From contig NC_043006.1 in the NCBI RefSeq assembly GCF_006345805.1, forward strand, positions 79,298,001 to 79,362,000: DNA of 64,000 nucleotides. The letters run 5' to 3'. This DNA is from Octopus sinensis. Its lineage: Eukaryota. Made by a program: the position numbers and the translations under genes. Of this stretch, positions 36,761-51,590 are shown piece after piece; positions within the stretch are counted from its first letter, which is position 1, and every line of letters starts with the position of its first letter. The notes beneath the pieces are model-generated. The model was not told the origin of the DNA, made no database searches, and saw only the letters and a list, made by a program, of their open reading frames with translations.

Positions 36761-37109
36761 AGCCTACTCTTTACTCTTTTACTTATTTCAGTCATTTGAC
36801 TGTGGCCATGCTGGAGCACCGCCTTTAGTAGAGCACATCGACCCCAGGACTTATTCTTTGTAAGCCTAGTACTTATTCTATCAGTCTCTTTTTGCCGAAC
36901 CGCTAAGTTACAGGGAGGCAAACGCACCAGCATCGGTTGTCAAGCAATGTTGGGGGGACAAACACAAACACACAAACAAACAAACACACAGACACACACA
37001 CATATATACATACGATGGGCTTCTTTCAGTTTCCATCTGCCAAATACACTCACAAGGCCTAAAAACCATGAAATCAGGATGCAAACTTCTTACCACACAA
37101 CCACTCCTG

Positions 37110-37140
<31 letters not shown>

Positions 37141-37439
37141 CACACACACACACATGTTTATACAGGGGAGGGGCCATTGCAATAACCAGTGCAAATATGA
37201 AAAAGTCAGTTTTAACTTTTACTGTTCCTATACATGTGGTTCATAACAAATATTTGCTTTTTATTTATATGCATGTTTGTATATTCAGTTTTTTTTTCTT
37301 TTTTTTTCTCTTTTTCCCCCCCATTTTCTCTTAGGTTTAAGAATTTCAGCTATTTTTAGTGTTGGAATTCTTGAAGTCCGTTTCTGTTTTTAAAAAAGGG
37401 TTACAGGAAGTGATAATGACAGACATTAAGTAACTGATA

Positions 37440-39130
37440 CCCAGCTAGGATGCCTACAACCAATGATGGTGGTGGTGGTGGTGGTGGTGGTGGTGGTGGT
37501 GGTGTGTGTGTGGTTGTGGCAGCTGTAACAACTGTGTAACAATAAACACTATGACCAACAATGATAATAATGATTGATGGTGATGGTGGTGGTGATGATA
37601 ATAGTGATGGAAGTGTAATCATGGTGATGGTGGTGGTAGTGGTGGTGTTGGTGGTAGTGGTGACATGAATAGCAACAGTACTGGTTTTGACCTATGAAAA
37701 TGAGGACAATGATGACAACGATGATGATGATGATGATGATGATGATGAGGATGAGGATAATGATGATGACAACCATAAGCAGTTAGATAGTGATGATTGT
37801 GATGCTGACTGATGAGAACGAAGATGGTAGCAACAGTAGTAGTGGTGGTGGTGGTGGTGGTGGTGGTGGTGTTGGTGGCGGTGGTGAATGGTGGTGAGGA
37901 ATAACAGTGGTATTAGATCAAAGTGAAAGGGTATCACAATGGTTGTCACAATGTAGAGACCCTGATTTTTCCTTGTAACCTATACTTGGTATATGCGAAT
38001 GTAACACAGAGAGAGAGAGGGAGTCAGACAGAGAGAGAGTCAAACAGAGAGAGAGTCAGACAGAGAGAGAGTCAGACAGAGAGAGTCAGACAGAGAGTCA
38101 GACAGAGACCCAGAAAGAGTCAAACAGACACAGTTAAACAGCAGCAGGCAGGCAGACAGACAGACAGACATGTCTGAGAAATTAACCAGAAATTAACGCA
38201 ATTTGTGTTCTGAAATGCATCTTGTTTGAAATAAAGACATACAAGAACATCAAAGGCAATTTGAAAGACCCCAGGGTACCAACAGTGATGGAACCAACAT
38301 GCCTCGTTACCAAAGGTTGGGGTGCAAGGAGGGTGGCGGCACTATGGATGAATATGGCCAGATTATAAGAGTGATTGGGCACTAAACACAGTATCTAACA
38401 GTGTACAGTAAACATTTTTAAATAAATAATGTTGGTGATGGTAGTTGTGATGATGATGATGATGATGATGATGAGGGTAATAAATGTAGTTATGATTTTT
38501 TTTTTTCTGTAGTTTCAGCTCAGAGCTGCGGTGGGGGGGGGGGCATGCTGATGCACCAATGATGATGATGATGACTACAACAATGACAATAATGAAGATG
38601 ATGACATGAAACACGTTGATGATGGTGAAGGTGATGATGACAATCGAATGCAGTTACAATGATGACAGCATCACTGCCACTACCACTATGGATGCCAGAT
38701 ATGACCACGGACAGTAAATATGTTGAGGAAGTGGAGGAGGATGACGATATGGAGGAGGTGGGAGTTGATGAGGAGGATGGCCGGTCGAGAAGGAGAAAAT
38801 GACAAGGAGAAAGAGGATGACAAGGGACAATTAGGAAGACGAGGAGGACAATGATTGGGGGGGGGGTTGAGATGGAGGGGGAGGATGCTAACAATGACAA
38901 TAACAATAACAATAACAACAGTGGCAGTAATGGTGATGGTAGTGGTGGTGGCGGCAGTGGTGGTGGTGGTGGCGGCGGTGATGGTGTCGGTGGTGTTGGT
39001 GGTGGTGGTGGTGGTGGGGGGATTGTGAGGAAAAGAGAAGAGGAATGAGGAAGAAGTGGAGGAGGAGGAGGAGTTGCAAAGACAGCATCACCACTGAAAC
39101 ACCACACTGCAATCATGATGCAAATAATCA
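37440..39130. repeat. Mixed (GAT)n/(GGT)n/(GAG)n/(CAGA)n low-complexity region
   Basis: Direct inspection. It explains the poly-His/Pro/Gly ORFs. Confidence 0.9.
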
Positions 39131-40439
39131 TAATTACAATTTCTTTTGTCTAAGCTGGATGTTGTTAAAAAAAATAATAATTTACATTAACAAAAGGACT
39201 TATTTAATTAAAAATGAACTGATTGTCTTACATAACTTCACATTGTTGAATTGGATAACAACTTACACATAAACCTAGGTCAGTCGTGATCCCTAGGAGT
39301 CAGTACCATTGTACGGACATCTTGGGCAGATGTCTTCTCAGACCAACTAAAGCTTTGTGAGTTGGTTTGGCAAATGGAAAATGAAAGAAACCAGTCATGT
39401 GTGTGTGTGTGTATTATATACACACGCAGGAGTGGCTGTGTGGTAAATAGCTTGGTTACCAACCACATGGTTCCAGGTTCAGTTTCACTGCATGACACTT
39501 TCGGCAAGTGTCTTCTACTATAGCCTCGGGCCAGCTAAAGACTTGAGAGTGGATTTGGTACACAGAAACTAAAAAAAGCCCATCGTGTGTGTGTGTGTGT
39601 GTGTATGTCTGTATGTTTGTGCGTGTTTGTCCCCACCACCATCATTTGACAACCGGTGTTGGTGTGTTTGTGTCCCCATAACTTAGCAGTTCAGCAAAAG
39701 AAACCGATAGAATAAGTACTAGGCTTAGAAAGAATAAGTCCTGGGATTGATTTGTTCAACTAAAGATGGTGCTCCAACATGGCTGCAATCAAATGACTGA
39801 AACGAATAAAAGAATACACACACACACACACACACATATATACACATGTGCACACGAGTACACACACACACACACACACACACAAAACACATATATACAT
39901 ATATAAATATACATACATTCAGAGTGGGCTCTTTCAGTCTCTGTCTACCAAATCTGCTTTGGTCGGTCTAGATCTATAGTAGAAGAAACACTCGCCTGAG
40001 ATGCCACGCAGTGGGACTGAACCCAAAACGATGCAGTTGAGAAAAAAAAACTTCTTAGCCACCTAACCATGCCTGTGCCCTAAATACAGACAGTAGTATT
40101 GATTGAGCTGATAGGGGTGTGTCTAGTAGTTGCTCAACAGGTTAGAAATAGCTGCCAAATCTCTCTCAGATCAAACCTTACACTGAATAATGCAGCCTTG
40201 TATAGGGAAAGGTATAATAATAATAATAATAATGATGATGATAATAATATGGGTCCCGCCTGCAAGGTCATGCACTATTTATCTTGATATGAGATCACCA
40301 TGTCATGCACATATGGTTGTGATGCATGTGCGTAGTGTACCCTTTTCAGACAGGTAGTCATGATGGGTATACTTGGCTTCGTATATTTTGCCTCAGTGTC
40401 ACTTTGATGGCATGTGCTACTCTCTCACTCAATAATAAT

Positions 40440-40472
<33 letters not shown>

Positions 40473-42329
40473 AATAATAATAATAATAATATAAGGGCAG
40501 ACAGGATTTATTGCAGTTGCAATGCCTTTGATCAAGAAGCTGACCTGGTGCTGAAATATAAAAGTAACCTAAGAGAGCCTCTACAGGAGTGTTTTGATGT
40601 GCTAGAAATAGTAGCCAAATCTTCCTCAAGTTTAAACCCTACTGTCTTAAATAGATAAGGGAAAAAAAGGTGCACTGGATATTATAATTTGACATACTTC
40701 TGAGGTGTTCATGGATACTTTCAATTCTGGGTGGGGCTGTTTGATCAGGGTGAGGTTTTGGGGGGGGGGGGGGCTAAGTAACAGCAACACTACTACTACT
40801 ACTACCACCACCACTATTACTACTACTACTACTAATACCACAGCAACCCTTATCAACTTACTTGTTAATATCTTAGTATTATCTGAATGGAATGTGAACA
40901 ATCAGTGGAAACAAACTTTAAGAAAAAAATATATAATATAATAATAAAATAAAAAGACAAACTAAGGAACATGAAATAAAAGGGAGCACGGAAAACCAAG
41001 AGGCAACTAGCTCCCACGACTGGAGTGCGTGCGGAAAGAGGAGGAGGAGGGGGTATATGGGAAGAGGTGAGGTGAGGACTCTTTGACATAGAGAATGAGG
41101 TCGTGTCTTGTGTCGTTGGCGGCAAAAACTAGATCGGAGGAGCTTAATTACTTCAGGCTTGTTCTGACTTCAACTGCTCATTATAGCAACATCTCTCTCA
41201 CTTTCCTTCTCTCTCTCTATCATCTCCCTCTCTCATTTTCCTTCTCTCTCTCTTTCTCTCTCTCAGCCCAACAAGTCAATGCCAGATTTACACCCCACCC
41301 ACCCACCCCGCCAAATGGTTTCAGTTAAAGAGCAGGAACAATAACCACAGATTGGACCAGAAGATTAATTCCTAAATACTCTTTCACGTTCTTTTTTCCA
41401 CCTTCTTCTCCTTCTCCTCCTCTTTTCCTCTCCTCTCGCCCTTCCTCCCTCCCCCTCCTCCTCCCCCTCCCTCCTTCTCTCATACTCTCAGTATAGGTGG
41501 GTGTGTGTCTCTGTTACATCTATGAGCTATTACCCAAAACTTGGCAGCCAATTTGGGGTGGGGGTGGGGATGGGGTTCTTGTTGCTTCTGTGGGGTCCCC
41601 CCATCCACAGCCCACCTACCCCCAATATATATGTATCAGAATTAAAGTACTTTGTTTTTGTTTCCTACACCACTTAAATAATTACATATGTAAGGTCTCA
41701 TGTATATACACACACACACACACAAACATACATATGCACACACGCATGCATGCATGCACCTACGCACAAACATTTAAGGAGAAATTAGTAGAATCAGTTA
41801 CCCTTCAGAGACCAGCTGCTAACGGTCCAACGATGTTGTCTGTTGTCGTGGCAACTAGAGGAAATATCATGATACGTAAGTAAACACCAAATTCCTTATC
41901 ATGGAAGAAGGTGAGGTCTGGGAAAACAAAAATTAGGCACCAGAGATTTTTCATTCTCCTAGAAGAGCTATCCCTGCTCGTCATAATTTGATAAATACTG
42001 TGTTGGAACCAAATTTGTCTCAACATGGCTGTATAGTTAAGGAACTCACATTGCAATCATTTGGTTACAGATTCAGTCTCACTGTATGGCACCTTGGTGA
42101 GTATCTTCTGCTATAGCCTCATGCCAATCAATGCCTTGTGAGTGAATTTGGTAGACAGAAACTGTGTGGAAACTGTGTATGAGGCAGCAAGCTGGCAGAA
42201 ACGTTAGCACACTGGGTGAAATACTTAGTGGTATTTCATCTGCCGCTACATTCTGAGTTCAAATTCCACCGAGGTCGACTTTGCCTTTCATCCTTTCGGG
42301 ATCAATTAAATAAGTACCAGTTACTTATT

Positions 42330-42800
42330 GACCACCTCATCCCATGTCTCCCTGGGTCTACCTCTACCCCGGATTCCTTCAACTGCTTGGGAGTGGCACT
42401 TCACACATCTCTCCTCATCCATCCGTAGTACATGACCATACCAACACAAACGTCTCTCCTGCACGCCACATCCGATGCTTCTTACGTCCAACATTTCTCT
42501 CAGGGCGCTTACACTCTGTCGTGCATGCACGCTGACATTGCACATCAAGCAAATCATGCTAGCTTCATTTCTTTCGAGCCTACGCATGTCCTCAACAGTC
42601 ACAGCCCATGTTTCACTGCCGTGAAGCATGGCAGTTCACACGTGTCGTACAATCTACCTTTCACACTGAGCGAGAGACCCTTTGTCGCCAGTTGGAGAAG
42701 TAGCTTTCTAAACTTTGCCCAGGCTGTTCTTATTCTAGTGGTAACACTCTCTGAGCATCCACCCCCACTACTAACTTGGTCGCCTATGTAGCGGAAACTA
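42330..42800 (-). mobile_element. Internal RTE RT fragment
   Basis: FRYIGDQVSSGGGCSESV, MLHGSETW and WYGHVLRM motifs. Confidence 0.85.
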
Positions 42801-43532
42801 TCACACACACACGCACACACACACAAAAGCCTTTCAGTTTCCGTCTACCAAATCCACTCAGAAGGTATTGGTCAGCCCAAGGCTAAAGTAGAAGGCACTT
42901 CCCCAAGGTGCCACGCAGTGGGACTGAACCCTGACTCATGCGGTTGATAAGCAAGCTACTTACCACACAGTCACTCCATTTGTCCCCCACTACCACCACT
43001 TTACAACTGGTGTTGCTTTGTTTACACACCAGTAACTTAGCAGTTTAGCAAAAGTGACCACTAGAGTAAGCACCAGACTTTAAAAAATAATTACCAGCAT
43101 CAATTTGTTTGGCTGCAGTTTAATGTCTGGAACAAGCAGAAGATAAAAAACAATGAGCCCATGAGATGGCTTCTACATAGTTGCTTGACATGCTAGAAAC
43201 TAAAGGCAAATTTATCTCAAAGTTAAATGGTGCCATGTAAAAAACATCCAGTCCACTTTGTAAAGTAATTGGTGTTAAGAAAGGTATCCAGTTTTAAGAG
43301 CCATGCCAAAACAGACCTCACTGACACCATGCGAAAAGCACCCAGTCAACTCTGTAAAGTGGTTGGTATTAGGAAGGACATCCAGTCATAAAAACCATGC
43401 CAAAACAGAATAGAGCTTGGTGCAGTCCTTTGGCTTACCAGCTCCTTCCAAACCATCCAACCCATGCCATCATGGAAGACAGACATTAAATGATAATGAT
43501 GAAAGACACTTTGGACAATGTAATCCTTGATA

Positions 43533-44820
43533 TAATGGGTTGGCAAGAAAGTAATTTTAGTTTTTTAGTGTGAAATAAGTCATTACTTTCATACAAAGAA
43601 TGAATTTTAATCAATTATATATTTTCTATTTTGTTCAATGACCTTTTGCCATCTTTCTGACAACTTCATGATTCCGCACTCGTAGAACTTCTGGTCCTTA
43701 TCAGCCAAAAACTGAAGCAAGTGCAATTTCAGGTCATCACCATTATTGAAAGTTTTACCACTCAAAGAATTTTGCAAATTTCAAAATAAATGGTAATCTG
43801 ATGGTGCAAGTTTAGGGCCACATGGTGGATGACACCACTTCCCAACCAAGCTCCAATAATTTTTCACAAGTTAGCAAAGGCATGTGTGGTCCAGCATTGT
43901 CATGGTGGAATGCAATTCCTTTATGATTTGCCAGTTTTGGCCATTTTTCTTTCACTGCTTCCTCCAGTTTCATTAGTTGTTGACAGTTAACAACTGAATT
44001 GATCATTTGGTTCCTTGAAAGCAACTTAAAGTACTTAACACCACCTTTGTAATCGCACCAAATTGAAGCATGACCTTTTTTTATGCAATTCTGCTTTCGA
44101 TGTAGTTTGTGCTGGTTCATTACACTTGGACCATGATCGTTTTCAATTGATGTTATTGTAGACAATCCATTTTTCATCACCAGCAATGATTCATTTCAAA
44201 ACAAGGTCAATTTCATTGCGTTTGAGATGCATATCACAAATATTGATCTGTTGTGTTAAGTGAATCTCTTTCATTTTATGTGGAGCCCCAATATCGAGCT
44301 TCTTAATGAGTCTAAGACATTTTAAGTGATTTTCAATTGTCGTGTGTGATACATTTAACCTCTCTGCAATCTCTTACACAGTTATATGACAATCAGATTC
44401 AATTATGGCTTTGATTTGGTCATCATCAACTTCAGTAGGTTGACCAGAACGTCGGTCATCTTTGAATGGAAAGTCTCCAGAACAGAACTTTTAAAACTAT
44501 TTCTGACATGTGCATTCTGTTAAGCAATCAACATCATAAACTTTACATATCTCTTTGTGAGCCTCAGCAGCTTTCTTGCCTTTACAGAAATTAAAAAAGC
44601 AAAGTATGGTGAAAATGTTCATTTTTGCACTCCACGTTAAAATTGACACTAAATTAACAGCTGTAAACAAAATTACGTGCAATTTGCTTCTAAGGTAAGC
44701 TAAAAGTAACAGCTATCAAATATCAAAAGGAAAAAATCATAACATTGACAAAAGCCATTGAAAAAAATCACAACTCTATCTATTTGCAAAAAACAAAATT
44801 ACTTTCTTGCCAACCCAATA
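43533..44820 (-). mobile_element. Full-length but decayed mariner DNA transposon (~1.29 kb)
   Basis: Inverted ends read TA(T/A)TGGGTTGGCAAGAAAGTAATTTT. Transposase fragments include DEKW (frameshifted), WCDYKG and FHHDNAGPH, with N-terminal HTH remnants at 44497-44682. Confidence 0.92.
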
Positions 44821-46258
44821 AATAATGGCATGTATCTATGATTTTCTGGCAATGTGCAAGATGAGATAACGCTAATCCTAGCCAGAGCAGACTTAAAACT
44901 ACCTTGGGTGGTCCTTGCACCAATCAAGGGATTTCTCTTACATGGGTCTTTCTGGGTCAAAGGAAAGGCAAAACCAGAATGTCTGAGAAAGACAACAGAG
45001 TTGGCAGGGGAAGGGGGGACACCAAAGCATTGGTAATGATCAACTCAAAAACCTTAATAGGGGCCAACTGCAGAAAAGTATTGGCTCCTCGTTGAGTTCA
45101 CTCACTTATCTACACAGGTATCGTTCTTTTTTTCTTTTCTATATATATCCTGTCAAGGTGTCCATTGACCTTACACACACCAAGGTGACACCCCAGAGTG
45201 GTATTGCCAGTTTAGTCACCAAGGACCAAACAATGACACAGGTAGTACTACCAGTTTATATGATCAACAGTAGCTGATCATTTTTTAGTGTGACTTGACA
45301 ATGTCATCATAGATATACAATATCTAAAAATAAGACAGGATGATCAAAGCTGGAATAGTTTTGAGCTGAGGACTACTTGATAAGGGCTGACCTGCAACTA
45401 AGACACAACTACAACAGTAGTCACTTTAACACGTCAACCACCACCTGTACCATCAGTGATTCATTGCAAACTTCATACAACTGCCATATGCACCAGCAGT
45501 GGTGCATTTTCATAATTTGATAGAATATTTTATTCTGTATCTTTGATATGATTTTGAGGATATTTAAGTAACACGAGTGCTAAATATTAAAGTTTGATAA
45601 TGAAATATTGTAAAAATGCAAAAAAAAAATATATTTACTTGTAATTAAACAGTAAGTATAGTGACTGCACAAAATACATAGCATCACCATTTGTTCCAGT
45701 AACAGACTGTGGTGTTTAACCTCTTGAACTCATTTAAAGAGTAAAAACCCCCTTCAATCATGAATGACCATGGGATTGCATTTAGAAGGTTCACCTCTGA
45801 GGCACAAGTACCAGGCAAGGTTGTTTATGGAAGACCAGCAGTCACCCATGCATACCATCCGACGTTATCCAAGGGAAAGGCAAAGGCTAATACAGCTTGG
45901 CACCAGTGATGTCACAACTCATTTTTACAGCTGAGTGAACTGGAGCAATGTGAAATAAAGTGTCAAGGGCACAACACAGCCTGGTCCAGGAACCGAACTC
46001 ACTACTTCATGATTGTTAGCCCAACGCTCTAGCCACTGAGCCATGTGCCTTCACATTGAACTCATTTAAACCAATCCAACTCAATTCAAATATGCTACCT
46101 GCTTTATGCTCAAACTGACCAGATCTGACCTCTCTCACTTATCCTACAATGCCATTCAAAAAAAATAAACAATCACACCATCAAAATATCAAAGCTATGA
46201 GATAATGCCAAATTAATTCAAAACACTGTGAATAAGCATCACATTTAACAGAGTAATC

Positions 46259-46492
46259 TTATTTCTTTACTGCCCACAAGGGGTTACACACAGAGGGGAC
46301 AAACAAGGACAGACAAATGGATTAAGTCGATGATATCGACCCTAGTGCATAACTGGTACTTATTTAATCGACCCCGAAAAGATGAAAGGCAAAGTCGACC
46401 TTGGTGGAATTTGAACTCAGAATGTAGCGGCTGACGAAATACCACCAAGCATTTCACCCAGAGTGCTAACGATTCTGCCAGCTCGCCGCCAG
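46259..46492 (-). mobile_element. Third SINE family (head GGCGGCGAGCTGGCAGAA...GAGTTCAAATTCC)
   Basis: Other copies at about 2024-2232, 33527-33776, 42180-42325 and 53196-53424. Confidence 0.8.
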
Positions 46493-47425
46493 CACACATT
46501 TAACAGAGTAATCTGAATGCTAAAGGGTTAAGGTACATCAAATGTTTTAATTTTCAAACAAGGATACACAAATATTCAAACAGGAAAATTTGTGGAGCTG
46601 ATGCCAGGATCCCTGGACTGGAGATACGTAAAAAGCACTATCCGAATCGTGGCCGATGCCAGTGCCGCCTCGACTGGCTTCCGTGCAGGTGGCATGTAAA
46701 ATGCACCAATCCGACCGTGGCCGATGCCAGCCTCGCCTGGCACCAGTGCAGGTGGCACGTAAAAAGCACCCACTACACTCACAGAGTGGTTGGCGTTAGG
46801 AAGGGCATCCAGCTGTAGAAACATTGCCAGATAAGACCGGAGCCTGGTGCAGCCTTCTGGCTTCCCAGATCCCCGGTCAAACCGTCCAACCCATGCTAGC
46901 ATGGAGAACGGATGTTAAACGATGATGATGATGATGATGATATATGGGAACAGGAGACTTTGTGACACAGCCATTTTGGTGCCATTTATTTGATGTTGCT
47001 GACTCATAGCTTATTTATTTGGCATCAGATGTTTTCAAGTTTGTCCTTGTTTTAATGCTTCTTCCCTTTTTTTTTTACTCCTACCAATCTCAGAAACCAT
47101 AAAAAGGATTATGGACATTGCCTCTTTTCCTCCTCTGACTAAGCTATAAAAAAAAAAATTAATAATAGAAACATCTGGAGAATTCTGATGTGAACATCTG
47201 GCACCAGTGATGTCAAATGAAATGATTCAGTGCACACAAAAATTATATATCAATGAATGATACTGCTTATATGACAGTGATACTATTATCATGCTACGTC
47301 AAGACAAGGACAGATAAACACACACACACACACGTGTGTGTGTATCTTCACTCTTCATATGCCCACAGTCGTCCTGTTTGTTTTCGTATCTGTCCCTCGT
47401 CCATCCACTAATTGTCTTGTCTTAA

Positions 47426-47639
47426 CCCCTTCGTTACTGAATTTATTTTGAGATGCTCTGCGTTTCTTTCAATTACTTTAACAGAGAATTTAGTAAAATA
47501 ACTTAGTTATCATTAAGCTAGTGTTAGGAACATAAATTGCGACTAAGGTTTGGTGGAAGATTTTAATTCAAAACTTATGAAAACCAGACATTTGTACTCA
47601 GAACCAGAGCCGGTTTCAGTCGGGTTGGTAACGAAAGGG
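47426..47639. mobile_element. piggyBac-type MITE
   Basis: TTAA on both sides, with inverted ends CCC(C)TTCGTTAC...GTAACGAAAGGG. Confidence 0.85.
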
Positions 47640-48310
47640 TTAAATTATATTTATTCCACATTTGTATGCTAACTTTCTATATCGCATGGTTGTTTAGTTC
47701 TTGTCTGGTTCATTTTCTGCTTTGTATTTTGGCTCACCAATTCCCGGCAGCACTTTTGCCATCAGCGCCGCCAGATAGAGATACAATATTGTCATTAAGG
47801 AACAAAATTGTATTTGACCCTCCAGCTAATAAATGATGGGGAGTTGGCAGCCTTTTGTGTCTGTTTCCCATTTGTCTGTGCATTTATTATGTTTTTAACT
47901 TATATAAATATATATATTTATAGGTGTAGGAGTGGCTATGTGGTAAGAAGCTTGCTTCCCAACCACATGGTTCCAGGTTCAGTCCCACTGCGTGGCATCT
48001 TGGGCAAGTGTCTTCTACTATAGCATCAGGCCAACCAAAACCTTGTGAGTGGATTTGGTAGATGGAAACTGAAAAAAACCCCATAGTGTGTGTGTGCATG
48101 TGTAAATGTATGTCCACCACTACCACCATTGCTTGACAACCGATGTTGCTGTGTTTACATCCCCGTAACTTAGCAGTTTGGCAAAAGATACCGACAGAAT
48201 AAGTACTAGGCTTACAAAGAATAAGTCTTGGGTTCGATTTGTTTGACTAAAGGCGGTGCTCCAGCATGGCCACAGTCAAATGATTGAAACAAGTAAAACA
48301 ATAAAAAAGA

Positions 48311-48341
<31 letters not shown>

Positions 48342-48702
48342 AAAACAATGGGCTTCTTTCAGTCTACCAAATCCACTCACAAGGCTTTAGTTAGCTTAAG
48401 GCTTTAGCAGAAGACACTTTTCCATGGTTAACACAGTGGGACTGAACCCAAAACCATGTGATTGGAAAGCAAACTTCTTAACCACACAGACACACCTGTG
48501 CCTAACCATACCCGGGTAAACAGCAAAATTCAAACCAATGGGGCAGGCTTAACTTATTCACTGACCCTGCTAGAAACAGCAACCAAATCTCAAATCTTTC
48601 TCTTTTTTCTGTCTCTCTCTCACTCACTCACTCCTTTCTCTCTCTCACAAACACACACACACATGCACACAATAATTTACATAAAACTAATTTGGCACTT
48701 AC

Positions 48703-48823
48703 TTTAAAGATTTATCTACAATTTGTGTTCTGAAAATTTCTTCATTATCTAATTTCACAATGCATAAAGTATTCCGTCCTCCACCTGAAGAATATACATA
48801 GGTCGGCAGATTTTTGGCTTCAC
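48703..48823 (-). CDS. RASA3: Internal coding exon of a GAP1-family Ras GTPase-activating protein (RASA3/RASA2-like), start of the first C2 domain
   Basis: Translates (G)EAKNLPTYVYSSGGGRNTLCIVKLDNEEIFRTQIVDKSL(N), resembling the RASA3 GEAKNLP...LDQEEVFRT..VEKSL motif as recalled. Acceptor is tttttctctttttattgaaacAG and donor is GTAAGT. 121 bp, phase 1 in and phase 2 out. The symbol is family-level, since an invertebrate gene is likely co-orthologous to RASA2/RASA3. The preceding exon was not found in the window. Confidence 0.9.
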
Positions 48824-50178
48824 CTGTTTCAATAAAAAGAGAAAAAAAATACAGTTTAAATATAAATCAATCATTATTACTGGCACATGGCCCCATTTTT
48901 TAACAAATAGAATAAATAATATTCAGTTTCACCAGGAGTGTGTTAGTACTGGTTAGATGAATATATTACTAAGGTATTATCTTACACCTGTCTGTCCTTC
49001 CTGTCAATAATCTTTGCTGGATTTTTAAATAAGGACTCTACTGGTGCATGGTTCAGTGGTTAGAGCATCAGACTCACACTCATGTGTGTTGTGTTCTTGA
49101 GCAAGCATTTTATTTCGTGTTGCTCCAGTTCATTCAGCTATAGAAATGCCAAGCTGTACTGGCCTTTGCCTTTCCTTTGGATAACATCAGTGACATGGAG
49201 AGGAGAGGCTGGTATGAATGGGTGACTGCTGGTCTTTCATAAACAACCTTGCCCAGACTTGTGCCTCAGAGGGTAACTTTCTAAGTTCCCATGGTCATTC
49301 AGGACCGAAAGGGGTCTTTACTCTTATTCCATACAATATTGAAGGTGCAGAGCCAAGACAATTTTTTGAGAGAAGAATTGAAAACATCACCTTCTCTAAC
49401 TCAGCAATTTTCAGAGAAGCACAAGTGTTAGTAAACAGACATGTGCATGCATGGATGCACACATACCCAACAAGCACCCTTCAGTTTCCATCTACCAAAC
49501 CCATTCATCAGACTTTGGTCAGCTTGAGGCTATAGAAGAAGACACTTGCCCAAGGTGCTGTGCAGGAGGACTGAACCTGACACCACATAGTTGGGAAGCA
49601 AACTTCTTGACCACAGGCCAACCAAAGCCTTGTGAGTAGATCTGAAGGACAGGCATCCCTTTTTTTCCATCCTATCATTCGACAATTTTTTGATGTTTTG
49701 TGTCCCCAATGTGTTATAATGTCCCATCTATGTATAGTCCTTTATGGATAATAAAAAAATCCACACATATATACACATATGTGTACACAAGTTCACACAC
49801 ACACACACACACAGGTTTCTTTTATTTTCTATCTGCCAAATCCATTCACAAGGCTTTGATCATCCCTAGAAGGCATTTGCCAAGATGCCACACAGTGGGA
49901 CTGAACCCTGAGCCATGTGGTTGGGAAGTGAACCCTTACTACACAGCCACACTTGTACCTTTCTTTCTCCTTGCCTCTCTCTTATGTGGTTTGTGGGGTC
50001 AACTTATGTGGTTTGTGGGGTTAACTACGTCCTCTGTTTCATTTTTTGTTAATCACTCATTCTCATTTAATTGTATATATTTTAATTGTTTGTTTATTCA
50101 TATGTTTCGTCTCATTCGATACCCTGACCCCAACGTTTGTTTTGTCCCCTCTTTTTCTCAACCTTATGGTGAATAAAG

Positions 50179-50214
<36 letters not shown>

Positions 50215-51099
50215 TTACTCATTCTATATGTATACAATTCTGAGCATGCACGTGTATGTGTGTGCATGTGTGTGTCTCAATGCCTTGGCATTGCACAATA
50301 TTTGACATTGCACAATATCCTTCATTTCCAACTTTCTGTATAAACATGTCCAGCCATGGGAAAGTATTACCTTAATTGGAAAACAGGTAAGGGTTGGTAA
50401 CAGGAAGTGCATCCAGCCAAAGAAAAATCTGCTGCCACAAATTCCATCTGACTCATGCAAGCACAGAAAAGTGACCATTAAAACAACAACAATGATGATG
50501 ATGTATGTGCATGTGAGAGTACATACAGGTGTGTGTACTCTCCCATGCAAGTGAGAGTACATACAGGTGTATATGAGCTTCTGGCGATTCCATCTACTCA
50601 CAAGATATTGGCCAATCTGCAGCTATGATAGAAGACACATGCCCAAGAAGCCAACACTATAAAGCAAGCAGTGAGATTGAACTCAGAACCACATGGTTGC
50701 AAGGCAAACTTCTTAACCTCACAGCCATGCGTTGTATCTATGGTTTGTATCTGCTATTGCTCCGAGAGATCATAAAACCATGTGACATTGTGACATCATG
50801 ATCATGTGTCACCAAGAATTGCTTACTTATTGTGTTATTAGTAGGACACATTCCAGTTGACCAGAACCATCTTTTTTATATTCCTTTTTTTTTAATTAAT
50901 TAATTAATTAATTAATTATAGCTTGGTTTAATTAGACTTTCAGTTCACTGTTTAACTACCATCTGAAGTATAATGTTTTGTTATGATCATCCATGTATTT
51001 CTGAGTTAACTTTCACCACCCCACTCACACAAAATAAAATATTATATATATTTATATATATGATTCAGTTAAAACAAAGTAACCACATAGATAAGCCCA

Positions 51100-51201
51100 C
51101 AGACACACACACGTGTGTGTGTGTCTATACACATACTCACATACACACACAATATACTTATACACACACATACATATACACAGATATATACACACACACA
51201 C

Positions 51202-51240
<39 letters not shown>

Positions 51241-51590
51241 CACACATATATATACACACATATATATACATATATACATATACACATATATATACATATA
51301 TATATATACACACATATATATACATATATATATACACGCATATATACATATATATACACACATATATATACATATATATATATATACACATATATATATA
51401 TACACATATACATATATATATATATATACACATACATATACACATACATATATATATACACATGTATATACATGTATATACATATATATATATATACACA
51501 TACATATATATACACACATGTATATACATATATACACACATATACATATATACACACATATACATACACACACACACACCACACACACAG
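51100..51590. repeat. Long compound (TA)/(CA) microsatellite
   Basis: Direct inspection. Confidence 0.95.

Noticed and set aside
37400-39272. Poly-His/Pro/Gly ORFs, including the 203-aa one
   Set aside because: They are trinucleotide low-complexity sequence with no domain or splice support.
50090-50130. GAAAC-containing motif on the minus strand resembling a hammerhead
   Set aside because: It has no CUGANGA or UUGANAA core with a closing stem II, and no UH site.
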